Under the pieces are notes generated by a model. That model was not told the origin of the DNA, searched no databases, and saw nothing but the letters and a program-made list of their open reading frames with translations. Positions 38,282-47,929 of a stretch of DNA of 64,000 nt are shown here, piece after piece. The position numbers were made by a program, and so were the translations under genes. The first letter of the stretch is position 1. Each line of letters begins with the position of its first letter. Source of the DNA: Bacillota bacterium. GTDB lineage: Bacteria > Bacillota > Limnochordia > DTU087. The stretch lies in contig JAAZMR010000046.1 of the NCBI GenBank assembly GCA_012798695.1, positions 2,316-66,315 on the forward strand, given 5' to 3'.

Positions 38282-39187
38282 TTACCTTAAGAAATCCATC
38301 AGTGTAGGCTGAATGATGCGAGCGGTAGTGTCAAGAGCGAGGCGGTAGGCATTTTCCTGCATTTTGAACTGCATGATGGCCTCAGCCACATCAATATCTT
38401 CTGTCTTGGATATCAGTGTCTGTAGGTTAATATCCAATCCTTCCAACCGACTCTTCGTAATTTCCAATCTCTTGCTCTTGGCCCCTACCTCAGCCTGAAA
38501 GCGCAACACCTCGGAAATGGCGTCATCAAGTTTGCCTATGGATCCGGAGGAGATATCAGCCGTATTCCCGCTTGCCAGCCGCTCCCGCAGCTCGATCAGG
38601 GCCTCAAAGGCCTCTTGGAACACTGCACTGCCGGGCACATTGATATCCAGCCTGGAGCCAGGGCCCACTTCTATGTTGATTGACGTCAGGCTCCCCTGGT
38701 ATTCTACCTTGGCGATATGGCCATCCTCGTCCAAACCATCATCGCCCATGGCATAGGGTGGCTTAGTCGTCTCTTGCCCACCGAAAATATGGCTCCCGGC
38801 ATAGGTGGAATTAGCTACTTGTACCGCATGGTCTACCAGCTCATTTACCTCTTTGGCCAAAGCGTGCAGCGAGTCTTCTGGCAATGTACCATTCGCACCA
38901 TAGACGGCCAGCTCTCGCCCCCGCTGCAGAATTTGGGTGAGATCAGTCAAGGCTCCATCGGCCGCGGTCAACATCCCTATACCATAATCCGTGTTGGCCG
39001 CATATTGCCTGGTTTCTTCCAGGCCCCGGTTCATTCTCAAAACATTACCGGTTCCGATCGGATCATCAGAGGGAACCAAGAGTTTCTTGCCGGCTGCCAA
39101 CCGCCCACTAAGGTATTCCAGCTGTTCTAGACCCCGATTTAGGCTGGACAGAGAATTTGTTACCAGCATTTTATTGGTTACACGCAC
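38282..39187 (-). CDS. flgL: Flagellar hook-associated protein FlgL
   Basis: MRVTN.M, GKK...PSDDP, GANGT, IFGG..T, EDID.AEAI, Y..AL...ARIIQPTLMDFLR. Confidence 0.95.
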   Translation of the reverse strand: MRVTNKMLVTNSLSSLNRGLEQLEYLSGRLAAGKKLLVPSDDPIGTGNVLRMNRGLEETRQYAANTDYGIGMLTAADGALTDLTQILQRGRELAVYGANGTLPEDSLHALAKEVNELVDHAVQVANSTYAGSHIFGGQETTKPPYAMGDDGLDEDGHIAKVEYQGSLTSINIEVGPGSRLDINVPGSAVFQEAFEALIELRERLASGNTADISSGSIGKLDDAISEVLRFQAEVGAKSKRLEITKSRLEGLDINLQTLISKTEDIDVAEAIMQFKMQENAYRLALDTTARIIQPTLMDFLR

Positions 39188-39192
39188 AGTAG

Positions 39193-40656
39193 CTACCTCC
39201 CCACGATGCCCATCCGCTCGATCACTGTTGACAAAGTTTCATCCAAAGCCGTAATCAGGCGAGCCGCTGCGTTATAGGCATGCTGAAAGCGAATCAGATT
39301 GCCCATCTCTTCATCTAAAGCTACACCAGAAACAGCTTCCTGGCGCCTCTCTAGGTGTTCCATCAAAATGGTCTGATTGGCCAGCATCCGCTGGGCCTCC
39401 TGGGAATCCACGCCTAGGCTGGCAATTAATGATGATAAGAAGTCCGGTATACTTCCATTAAGACTGGCGACCCTGTCTTCCTGTAAGAGGCTGGCAATAG
39501 CCAAGGCGTTATCACCATTGCCTGGCACTCGCTCTCCAGACTCACCTTCAAGACCAGCCGCAATATGCTTAAGGCCATCTTCCCCGAGGATCTGATCAGA
39601 CAGCCTGATGTCCTGGGCCCATTTGCCACTGCTAACATCGGCGAAGAAGTTGATCCCGTCGGGATATCGAGCATCCGGATCAGACTCATCGGCATCATAT
39701 CCATATCCTTGGCTGTGGACTTCATTGACTTTTGCAATCAGAGCCTCAGCCAGCCGATCTAGCTCTGTCATATACCCATCTCGCAGAATCTCGTCCCTCA
39801 GTTGAAAAAGCCCCTTCAGCTCTCCGCCATTGAACACGGCAGCGACATCATTGGTTCCTTCCCACACGATGCGAAAACCTTGTGGTTCTGCTCTTAGGGC
39901 TAAGGTGGATACATGGGAACCTTGTACTAGAGAACTGCCAGAGACACTGATATGGATCTGCAGTTCCTCATCGGTGACCGCCTGTATATTGGTTATCTGG
40001 GCCAGCTCTTTCACCAATAGATCCCGAGCATCTAGCAGATCATTGGGGTGATCGCCGGAGACAGTCACTGCCACAATCTGCTTATTCAGATCGGCAATTT
40101 GCTGGGCCAGGTAGTTAATCCGATTTACCTTGACCCCGATCGCACCATCAATCTCCTCGCGATAGCGATGAAGCTGGGTATAAGTGTGACTGATGCCATC
40201 TGCCAATAATGCCCCAGTTTGCCGCACCACTGCCCTGGCAGCTAGATCCGCCGGTGTCAAACTGAGCTGCTGCCACGATTTCCAGAAAGCCGTTAAGCTG
40301 CTGCTGATCCCCGTATCTGACGGCTCATTAAAGATCATCTCGATCTGTTCATATCCATCCATCAGTACCTGCCACTGCCCGGTGGTCTGGCTTTCCATGC
40401 GCAGCTGCATTTCAATAAACTCATCTCGTACCCGTTTGATCTCGGCCACTTCTACCCCTGTACCCATCTGCCCCGGAGTCCGCGGCCTATTGAAAGACGG
40501 TGCTGTATAGGGGTTGCTGGGTACCAGGGTGATCCGTTGGCGGGAGTAGCCTTCTGTGTTGGCATTGGCAATATTATGCCCTGTGACGCTCAATCCCATC
40601 TGGTGAGCCTGCAAGGCTCTAAGGCCCAGCTGCAGGCCGGCAAAAGTGCTTCGCAT
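39193..40656 (-). CDS. flgK: Flagellar hook-associated protein FlgK
   Basis: MRSTF.GL...GHNIANANTEGYSRQR, NDLLDARD, VSGVALDEE..NLIRFQHAYNAAAR. Confidence 0.96.
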   Translation of the reverse strand: MRSTFAGLQLGLRALQAHQMGLSVTGHNIANANTEGYSRQRITLVPSNPYTAPSFNRPRTPGQMGTGVEVAEIKRVRDEFIEMQLRMESQTTGQWQVLMDGYEQIEMIFNEPSDTGISSSLTAFWKSWQQLSLTPADLAARAVVRQTGALLADGISHTYTQLHRYREEIDGAIGVKVNRINYLAQQIADLNKQIVAVTVSGDHPNDLLDARDLLVKELAQITNIQAVTDEELQIHISVSGSSLVQGSHVSTLALRAEPQGFRIVWEGTNDVAAVFNGGELKGLFQLRDEILRDGYMTELDRLAEALIAKVNEVHSQGYGYDADESDPDARYPDGINFFADVSSGKWAQDIRLSDQILGEDGLKHIAAGLEGESGERVPGNGDNALAIASLLQEDRVASLNGSIPDFLSSLIASLGVDSQEAQRMLANQTILMEHLERRQEAVSGVALDEEMGNLIRFQHAYNAAARLITALDETLSTVIERMGIVGR

Positions 40657-40676
40657 GATCCTACTCCCTCCCTGCC

Positions 40677-41246
40677 CTATGCCCGGGCATCTAGTCTGCC
40701 CGGTTGGTAACCCTGCCGTTCCTTTTTCCCTGGTTCTCCGTAAATCATCTGCCCCGTATCGCCTGTTATTAAGCTCAAACAGTAGTTGGTCAAAGTCAGT
40801 GATTGATGCAGTAGATTGGCATTGAGCAAGTTAAGCTCCTGGAGACGCAACATGATCTCTTTTAGCTCCTCACCCTGATTAAAGAGCAGCTGCCCCATTG
40901 GGCTCGGGGCTCTAGTGGCAATCTGCTCCAAGCTCACGCCGGTCTGTGATTCCGGCAACCGCTCAGCGCTCTTCATCTGTTCTTCAATATCTGCCACCTG
41001 GCACAGCCGCTGGGATTCCCACTGCTCCAGTTCCTGTAATAGGCCCATTTCCTTAGCTATAACTTCCTCCAGGATCGCCAAATCGTCATCCAGAAGAGCG
41101 GCCTGTTGGCGCTCCGCCTCTGCCAGAAGTGCTTGCATGATGCTTATCTCTTGAGACAGAGTCTCAATCAATTTCTGAACCAAACTTGCGGGCAGTGGAA
41201 CTGTTCGGGGCTTTCCACCCCGCTTCCCGCAAAATGCCTGCTGCAT
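40677..41246 (-). CDS. flgN: Flagellar export chaperone FlgN
   Basis: Between flgM and flgK; helical, LQELN..NANLL.QSL, Y...G, LDARA C-terminus; ATG 41246 after GGGGAGG. Confidence 0.85.
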   Translation of the reverse strand: MQQAFCGKRGGKPRTVPLPASLVQKLIETLSQEISIMQALLAEAERQQAALLDDDLAILEEVIAKEMGLLQELEQWESQRLCQVADIEEQMKSAERLPESQTGVSLEQIATRAPSPMGQLLFNQGEELKEIMLRLQELNLLNANLLHQSLTLTNYCLSLITGDTGQMIYGEPGKKERQGYQPGRLDARA

Positions 41247-41272
41247 GGGAATCCTCCCCCAGCTCGTAAATT

Positions 41273-41584
41273 TCAAACATCAACATCTTCCCTAAAGACA
41301 TCATCATCCAGTATCTGCTCCAGCAATTTCTCTGCCACTGCCTCCCCGGATACCTGGTAGGTGCCATTGCGAATAGCAGCCCGCAGCTCTGCCACCTTCT
41401 CATTACGGATCTCGGGAATGGTCTTCAGCTCAGAGATAATCATCTGGAGCTCTTGACTCTGCTCAGAGATAGTGACCTTATCCAAAGGTACCCCGCTCTC
41501 TGTATCGGCCTGGCGAGGCCCAACTTGCTTTTGCTCTCGATACAATCTTGCTACAAGCTTGATCTGCTGGGGAGTGATTTTCAT
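41273..41584 (-). CDS. flgM: Anti-sigma28 factor FlgM
   Basis: MKI start, DKVTIS, EIRNEKVAELRAAIRNGTYQVSGEAVAEKLL. Confidence 0.93.
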   Translation of the reverse strand: MKITPQQIKLVARLYREQKQVGPRQADTESGVPLDKVTISEQSQELQMIISELKTIPEIRNEKVAELRAAIRNGTYQVSGEAVAEKLLEQILDDDVFREDVDV

Positions 41585-41660
41585 ACTCGGCAGCACCCGG
41601 GTGCAGACTGCTTCCCGGGCACTTACTCACCTCCGGCTTTACGACTCACTTTCAGTAATA

Positions 41661-41688
41661 CTATCGGCAACAACCGACTCGGCCTTTA
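41661..41688 (-). promoter_or_regulatory. sigma28 promoter of the flgM operon
   Basis: TAAA-N16-GCCGATAG; the -35 box overlaps the yvyF stop codon. Confidence 0.82.
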
Positions 41689-42114
41689 ATCTCCCCGACG
41701 GCGACGGATGATGTTGTTGGCCACGTGAAATCCAGCCTTGCCTTCTTCCCGAGGTCTACTCTGGGGCTTTTGTCCCCCCAATAGTCTTTTAGCATCTTGC
41801 TGTAGACGGGCAGCACATTCAAGGCAAAAACGGCCACTAGTAATCGCCATCCCACAGCCTTCACAGCGCAGCCCCAAATCTTCGATACCGGCCACATCCA
41901 GCCGCCCACTGCGTACCCATTCGTAGAGCCGTTTTCTCTCCACTCCTGTCTCTTTCGTGATCTCAATTACGGTGGCTGTGGCATGCTCCTTCAGATACTC
42001 TTTCACCTGATCAAATTGTTCCTGGTCCTTCCGTTCACACTCAAGGCAAAACTTCATGCTTGGATTAGGAGCACTAAACAGCTTGCCACAATTGGCACAG
42101 TTGCGCAACGCCAT
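41686..42114 (-). CDS. yvyF: Flagellar operon protein YvyF (zinc-ribbon + HTH)
   Basis: NCANCGKLF...CLEC...F..VKEYL...TGV...W.RSGRL...CEGCG..I.SGRFC..C; located between comFC and flgM. Confidence 0.88.
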   Translation of the reverse strand: MALRNCANCGKLFSAPNPSMKFCLECERKDQEQFDQVKEYLKEHATATVIEITKETGVERKRLYEWVRSGRLDVAGIEDLGLRCEGCGMAITSGRFCLECAARLQQDAKRLLGGQKPQSRPREEGKAGFHVANNIIRRRRGD

Positions 42115-42149
42115 TTTGCCATCCTCCCTTCTTGGCCCCGGCATCGGCC

Positions 42150-42983
42150 CTAATCAAAGCTAGGGCCATGACCGAGGAGGTCTTGCTCATCTACAGCAAT
42201 GGACAAAGTCAACCCATAGACTTCTTGCGCCCCTGCCTGCAATAAAGTCCGGGTGAGCTCGTCTAGTGTAGCCCCTGTAGTATAAATATCGTCAATTACA
42301 CACAAAACCTTACCGGCGACCTGCCCCGGCCGGGGGACCTGAAACACGCCTTGCAAGTTGGCTCGCCTGGCTCTCGGCCCGAGATGGCTGGAAGCTCCCG
42401 TCGCTGACCGCCGGATCACAGTACCCGGTTCTAGGGCCGGGACTTGCAGAAAATCCTGCAGGCCATCCAGCAAGAGCTCCGCCTGGTTATATCCCCTCTG
42501 CCGCAACCGCTCTGCATAGAGGGGTACTGCCAGTAAGTGAGCTGTCTTTGGCACCCACTGGCGATGCTTGGCCACCAGGCCCATAATTTGCCCCAAGTCG
42601 ATGCCCAATTGACGATTATAGCGGTATTTCAGCTCTTGAATCTGCTCCTTCAGGGACCCGGTATAGATACCAATGGCGCGATTTCGCACGAAAAAGTGCT
42701 GTGTTCTAGTGCAATCAGAGCAACGAGCTTCCCCCGAGGGCCTCTGCCGTATGGCTAAGGGGCGACCACACAGCTGGCAAAAAACCGCTCCCACCCAGGG
42801 CATATGCTCCAGGCAAGACTGACAGAGCCCCAGCAGAGCCCCAATGGATAGTTTACGGCCACAAATTGAACAGAGCGCCGGTGACGGAAATAACAAATCT
42901 AGTCCAGACTGCCATATATTGTTTAGATACTCCCCTATAAGGAACCTCTTTCCCCACGCATTCCGCTTAGGAAATTTGGTCAA
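42150..42983 (-). CDS. comFC: ComFC/ComF family phosphoribosyltransferase-like competence protein
   Basis: LDLLFP + double zinc ribbon, LKY, VPL...RQRGYNQAE, RRANL, IDDIYTTGATL. Confidence 0.92.
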   Translation of the reverse strand: MTKFPKRNAWGKRFLIGEYLNNIWQSGLDLLFPSPALCSICGRKLSIGALLGLCQSCLEHMPWVGAVFCQLCGRPLAIRQRPSGEARCSDCTRTQHFFVRNRAIGIYTGSLKEQIQELKYRYNRQLGIDLGQIMGLVAKHRQWVPKTAHLLAVPLYAERLRQRGYNQAELLLDGLQDFLQVPALEPGTVIRRSATGASSHLGPRARRANLQGVFQVPRPGQVAGKVLCVIDDIYTTGATLDELTRTLLQAGAQEVYGLTLSIAVDEQDLLGHGPSFD

Positions 42984-43089
42984 AAAAAGCACCTCCACCC
43001 TCCGGGGCCGGCCGGTGCTATCTATTCCTACATTGTTGCTACTTCCTGACTAGGCGGCAAAAACCTGCTGCCCCTATGCCCTCAGTTAA

Positions 43090-44049
43090 TTAAGAGACAG
43101 CCGGATCGTGCTTGCCCTCGGCACTCGTGCCTGGCGTCGTCCCCTCCTCAGTATCCCGAGGAAGTCTCACTGAAGCTTGGCTTGTGGCTGGAGGTTTCAG
43201 AATGATTTTGCCTTCATCTACTTCTACACTCAATCGGTTACCGATCCCTAGAGCTTCCCGATACTCTGGCGGAATCTGCAGCCGGCCAGCCGAATCAAGC
43301 ACCACATACTCGTCATGAGATGCTTCATCTTTTTTAACTTCCTCTCCTGCTGCTAAGGGCCGCCGGCGTACAGTTTCAGTACTGGTCTTCCCATCTCGAA
43401 TCTCCACAAAACGATCCACAGCATAGGCCATCCCCCGGTCATGGGTGACGATTACGATCGTAACTCCATAGGTATGGCTGACATCATGGAAGACCTCCAA
43501 AACCTGGCGGCTGGACTTGGTGTCCAGCGCACCGGTGGGTTCATCGGCTAGAAGCACCTTAGGGCGATTAGCTAAAGCTATGGCAATCGCTACCCGCTGC
43601 TGTTCGCCCCCGGACATCTCTAGGGGACGGTGGTGCAGCCGATGGCCCAAACCCACAGCCTCCAGAAGCTCCCGGGCCCAAGCTCGCTCAACCTTGCCAT
43701 TGAGGATCATGGGTACCAGTACATTTTCTTCAGCAGTTAAGTAGGGAACTAGATTGCGGGCTACATTCTGCCAGACAAAGCCAACAATCTCCCGCTTATA
43801 AGCCAGCCGCTGCTTGCGAGTAAGCCGCCCCAGATTCCACTCAGCCACTACGGCTGAACCAGCTGTAGGCTCATCCAGACCTCCTAGGATGTTCAGTAAA
43901 GTGGACTTACCACTACCACTCGCCCCGATAATGGCCATGACCTCTTGAGGATAGACCTTTAGGTCTAAACCCTGTAAAGCCATGACTTCCAGATCAGCGA
44001 TCCGATAGATTTTGACGAGGTTATCGCAACTGATGATGGGTGTCATCAT
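43090..44049 (-). CDS. ABC ATP-binding protein (LolD/MacB type) with C-terminal AbrB-like domain
   Basis: GASGSGKS, MSGGEQQR, LLADEPTGALD, VTHD; C-terminal VVLDSAGRLQIP.EYREALGI...VEVDEGKIILKP. Confidence 0.9.
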   Translation of the reverse strand: MMTPIISCDNLVKIYRIADLEVMALQGLDLKVYPQEVMAIIGASGSGKSTLLNILGGLDEPTAGSAVVAEWNLGRLTRKQRLAYKREIVGFVWQNVARNLVPYLTAEENVLVPMILNGKVERAWARELLEAVGLGHRLHHRPLEMSGGEQQRVAIAIALANRPKVLLADEPTGALDTKSSRQVLEVFHDVSHTYGVTIVIVTHDRGMAYAVDRFVEIRDGKTSTETVRRRPLAAGEEVKKDEASHDEYVVLDSAGRLQIPPEYREALGIGNRLSVEVDEGKIILKPPATSQASVRLPRDTEEGTTPGTSAEGKHDPAVS

Positions 44050-46895
44050 ACTTCCTCCCCTAGTTTTACAGCCTGATGGAGCCGCATGCGGGATAAAATG
44101 ACCACCAAACCAATTAGGCCAAACAGCAGCATTCCACCTAAGGTCAGGTAAATCTTGTTGAGGTCGGAACTCGAGACAATAATCATGAACTCCGGCACCA
44201 AGCCAGTGAGATCGGCGCTGACCTTAGTAAAGGGCAAGAACAGCCGACTAGCCCAACCTCCTAGAACGGTACCAATACCGACTGCCACCCCCACGGATAA
44301 CAGCTGCTCGACAAACAACATGGAAATCAATTGGCCTACCGAAAGTCCGATCGCCCTTAACACACCAAACTGCAAGAATCTCTGCCGCAGGGATAGGAAT
44401 GTATAGAAGAAAAAGCCCATGAGGCTGATCACTACCGATACCAAAAACCCAATAGACAGCATGCCAAATAGGCCCATCCTTTGAGGCTCCTGGCGGCCTT
44501 CAATCAGCATGCCTCTTACATCATCAATACCGACGACCCATATGCCCTGTTCGCGCAAAGAGGTGACTATATCTGTCAAATTAGCCTTACCATTTACCTT
44601 GAGCCATACATCATAGGGCTGGATCAAGTACTCATCCTGAAGGTAATTGAGGTTTCCAACGAAGAAAGGCTGTTTGTCAGGGTATAGGGTGGGCCAGTAA
44701 TCGACAACTCCGACTACGTAAAAGTCTATATCCTGGCCACCTAGTGCTAGAGTAACCCAGTCCCCCACCCGCACCCGGTATCTTTCCACTAATTCCCGAG
44801 AAGCCAGCACGCCTTCATAGTGTGTAGTCAAGGCATTGAGGTAGGCATACATATGATATTCGTTTAAGTCCGGCCGAGTCCAAGCTGTCTTGGCAAAATC
44901 CCATGGGTCAACAGCCATGAGATTAGCTCTGCCGCGGAATTGCCCAGCTGAACGTACATTGACTTCCAGGCGCTGTACCCGGGCAGCTGCTTCGACTCCG
45001 GGCAGCTCTTTGTGGATGTAGAAGGGTGGCTCATAGATGGTCACTTCCGCCTCCTCTGCTGCCCCTGCGGTTGCTCCCAGGGACATACCTGCTCCCATAC
45101 TGCCTCCCCCACCGGGCAAGGCCCACTGCTCCCGCAGAACCACATCACTGCCATAGCGATAGGTAAGCTGGTCAGCGAAGTTCTTATCAAGGGTGCGGGC
45201 GGTAGAAGCCCCGTAAATTCCCATGGATACAGTCAAAATGATTAACAGGATCAAAGGACTGCACTGCCCCGGATTTCTTTCTAAGTGTAAGGTAGTCAAG
45301 GAAAGAGCGATCCCTGCCCAACGGTCGGTTGCCCAAGCCAGAAACCGCATCAACCACGGATAAAGCCTCAAGGCGATCAACGCGGCTGCCACCAAGAATA
45401 GCACGGGAATCACAAACAAGGCCGGATCTAGAATCAGCTGTGATTGGGTGACATCTTGCGCGGTAGTAACCAACAATGCCTGTCTCTGCAAGGAACGGTA
45501 CCCAAGGAAAACAAGGCCCGCCAACAAGAAGTCTAGATAATAGCGCTGCCATACAGGAGCCTGAGATTTACGCACCATTTCCTGTTTATATGTAACTATA
45601 CTGTGCCGAGTAGCTGAGATCACAGGAATCAGACAAGCTAAGACCGCGGTAATGCCACCGATCAGCGCATAGCGATAGGCCTCCCGCCCCAATCTCACCG
45701 GCAGTCCCGTGCGATCAACAAAACTCAAGAAGCCCGCGGATGCTCCAATCACTTTGGAAATTAGAAGCCCTAACCATGGTCCAATCGCAAAGGCAGCGAT
45801 TCCCAGGATGAGCCATTCGATCAGATATGAAAAGACAATTTGTCCGGCACTGGCTCCCCGGCTGCGGAGCATAGCAATCTCCGTCTGGCGCCGCCCCACA
45901 GTCAGGCTGGCAGCCAGCACGATAAAATACAAGACCATACCCAGGATGGGGATACTGAGCACAAACATCAAGAACCTCAAGTAAAAGGCCTTTCCTCGAA
46001 AATACTTGAAGATAGTCAGAGGAGAAAGCCACAATCGGGTACCAGGCAAGATCTGATTGGCCGTGTTTTCCAGATATTCCAGGTCAGCAATTAGATCAGA
46101 CAGCTGATCGACATAAACATCTGTATGATCAAATACCCAATACCAGACCAGCTCATAGACTGCTACCCCTTCCATTTGCATCAAATGGTCTTGCAGAAAT
46201 TCCTCACTGATAAAAAAACTGTTTTCGAAGGGGGGATAGTAAGCCCAGACCGGTGATCCCTTGGTCTCTTCCTTGGGTCGGAAAACTCCTACCACTTCAG
46301 CAGTTATGGTCTTCATTTCCCGATCATAATCACTGGTGGCAGCGAGCTTCATGACATACTGTCTACCTACTAGAAGCTCCTTGCTATCTAGGGCTTTTTC
46401 GTCGACGATTACCTCCAAAACCCCGTCCTCCCGAGGGAGAGCCGTAGGCCACCGCCCTTCGATCACATCTACCCTATCTTCTAACCCACTCATGTACCGC
46501 AGGTTACCATATTGTTCCTTTTTCATCAGTTCTGGGTCTACCGGGCGTATGCCCCGGGTATCCACGGTTCCGATTCTGGAATAGTAAAGCAGTGGAGCTC
46601 CTATACGGTCTTCCACTTCTTCCAGAAAGTCCATGAGTCGTCGGTATTTCGCTAGATCGACATCCCCCTCCATGCCGGGGTCGTTCAGCAAGAACAGAGT
46701 ATATGGCAAACGCCCTCTACTAGTGCTTTTTACCCAATCCCGCATCAAGGAATACTGCAGCGCGCCATTTGTATAGATGGGAACCGCTGAGACTATGGCT
46801 ACCGCCATTACCAAACCCAAGAGGAGCCCCAATTCCAAGCGCCAATTCCTGACTATCTGTTTGACTACGATCCATAAAACCGTAAGCAGCCGCAT
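44046..46895 (-). CDS. Large FtsX/MacB-type ABC permease (949 aa, two FtsX halves)
   Basis: RQTEIAMLRSRGAS and R..QFGVLRAIGLS coupling motifs; two large extracytoplasmic domains. Confidence 0.88.
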   Translation of the reverse strand: MRLLTVLWIVVKQIVRNWRLELGLLLGLVMAVAIVSAVPIYTNGALQYSLMRDWVKSTSRGRLPYTLFLLNDPGMEGDVDLAKYRRLMDFLEEVEDRIGAPLLYYSRIGTVDTRGIRPVDPELMKKEQYGNLRYMSGLEDRVDVIEGRWPTALPREDGVLEVIVDEKALDSKELLVGRQYVMKLAATSDYDREMKTITAEVVGVFRPKEETKGSPVWAYYPPFENSFFISEEFLQDHLMQMEGVAVYELVWYWVFDHTDVYVDQLSDLIADLEYLENTANQILPGTRLWLSPLTIFKYFRGKAFYLRFLMFVLSIPILGMVLYFIVLAASLTVGRRQTEIAMLRSRGASAGQIVFSYLIEWLILGIAAFAIGPWLGLLISKVIGASAGFLSFVDRTGLPVRLGREAYRYALIGGITAVLACLIPVISATRHSIVTYKQEMVRKSQAPVWQRYYLDFLLAGLVFLGYRSLQRQALLVTTAQDVTQSQLILDPALFVIPVLFLVAAALIALRLYPWLMRFLAWATDRWAGIALSLTTLHLERNPGQCSPLILLIILTVSMGIYGASTARTLDKNFADQLTYRYGSDVVLREQWALPGGGGSMGAGMSLGATAGAAEEAEVTIYEPPFYIHKELPGVEAAARVQRLEVNVRSAGQFRGRANLMAVDPWDFAKTAWTRPDLNEYHMYAYLNALTTHYEGVLASRELVERYRVRVGDWVTLALGGQDIDFYVVGVVDYWPTLYPDKQPFFVGNLNYLQDEYLIQPYDVWLKVNGKANLTDIVTSLREQGIWVVGIDDVRGMLIEGRQEPQRMGLFGMLSIGFLVSVVISLMGFFFYTFLSLRQRFLQFGVLRAIGLSVGQLISMLFVEQLLSVGVAVGIGTVLGGWASRLFLPFTKVSADLTGLVPEFMIIVSSSDLNKIYLTLGGMLLFGLIGLVVILSRMRLHQAVKLGEEV

Positions 46896-46907
46896 GTGGA
46901 CACCTCT

Positions 46908-47927
46908 TCACTTGCCGATCACAGTCTGGCCTTCTTCCAATCCTTTGAGAATCTGAACATGGGTATCACTTTCAATCCCCACCACCACATCGACTTCTCG
47001 GCGAGCATCTCCATCCAGCACTCTGACAAACTTGCGGCCCATGTAATTACGAACCGCCGCCTTGGGAACCAACAGAGCTGTATCCGCCTCTTCAATCAAG
47101 ATGGTCACCTTCACCAGGCTGTCAAACTCCAAAGGTATCTCCGCATCCTTCAACCTAATTTGCACAACCGGTTTGTTATCAAGACTAGAGCCACCTTCTT
47201 CGGAGATGGCAATCTGGTGAATATACCCATCTACCCAGGTCTCACCAGTGACATTAACCAATACCCTCTGGCCTCTCACCAGCTTATTCGCGTCAGCACC
47301 ATAGGGAAGCGTGACCTGGATCTCCAACTCTACTGGATCAGCAACTTTGACTACAGTCTTGTAAGCTTCCACGGCATCTCGTTCGCGAGCATAAACACTT
47401 ACCACCCGGCCACTGAAGGGAGCCCGGATGGTAGAAGCCTCCATTTCGGCTTCCAGCCGGTCTACCTCCAAAATCGCCTTCTCTTTATCCAATTCCTTTA
47501 GTTTCAACTCATAGGGGCTGACTTCTAGTCCTAAGAGGCTCTTGACCCGCTGGTATTCCATTTTTACCCGTTCCAAATCCAGCTTGGCCAATTGCAGCCG
47601 ATGCTCAAGATCCCCAGTCTCCAGCTTGGCCAAGATCTGATTTGCCTGAATAGCATCACCTGCTTCTACTAGAAGCTCCCGTATCCGGCCACTGCGGCGA
47701 AAGTAGAGAGTTGATTCTCTCACCGCCGCTACTCGCCCTAGGGTCCGCAGTTCATCGGCGATATAGCCTCGTTCTACGGTATATGTAACGGTACGCACCT
47801 CCGGTGGTGACAGCAGCGGTGGTGGTGTATCCACCCGCTCTTCCGGAAGTAAGGAACATCCCGCCCCTAGGGCAAATAGTAATATAGCCAAAACAACCAC
47901 CATCAGCTGTCGCCATTGCCGCAACAT
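46908..47927 (-). CDS. Membrane-fusion (periplasmic adaptor) lipoprotein, MacA/HlyD-like
   Basis: Lipobox LGAGC, lipoyl halves (SGRIRELLVEAGD; IRAPFSGRV), coiled coil, GLEEGQTVI. Confidence 0.88.
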   Translation of the reverse strand: MLRQWRQLMVVVLAILLFALGAGCSLLPEERVDTPPPLLSPPEVRTVTYTVERGYIADELRTLGRVAAVRESTLYFRRSGRIRELLVEAGDAIQANQILAKLETGDLEHRLQLAKLDLERVKMEYQRVKSLLGLEVSPYELKLKELDKEKAILEVDRLEAEMEASTIRAPFSGRVVSVYARERDAVEAYKTVVKVADPVELEIQVTLPYGADANKLVRGQRVLVNVTGETWVDGYIHQIAISEEGGSSLDNKPVVQIRLKDAEIPLEFDSLVKVTILIEEADTALLVPKAAVRNYMGRKFVRVLDGDARREVDVVVGIESDTHVQILKGLEEGQTVIGK

Positions 47928-47929
47928 CC

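Noticed and set aside
38282..39187. Flagellin
   Set aside because: The PSDDP motif, LMDFLR C-terminus and position after flgK identify it as FlgL.
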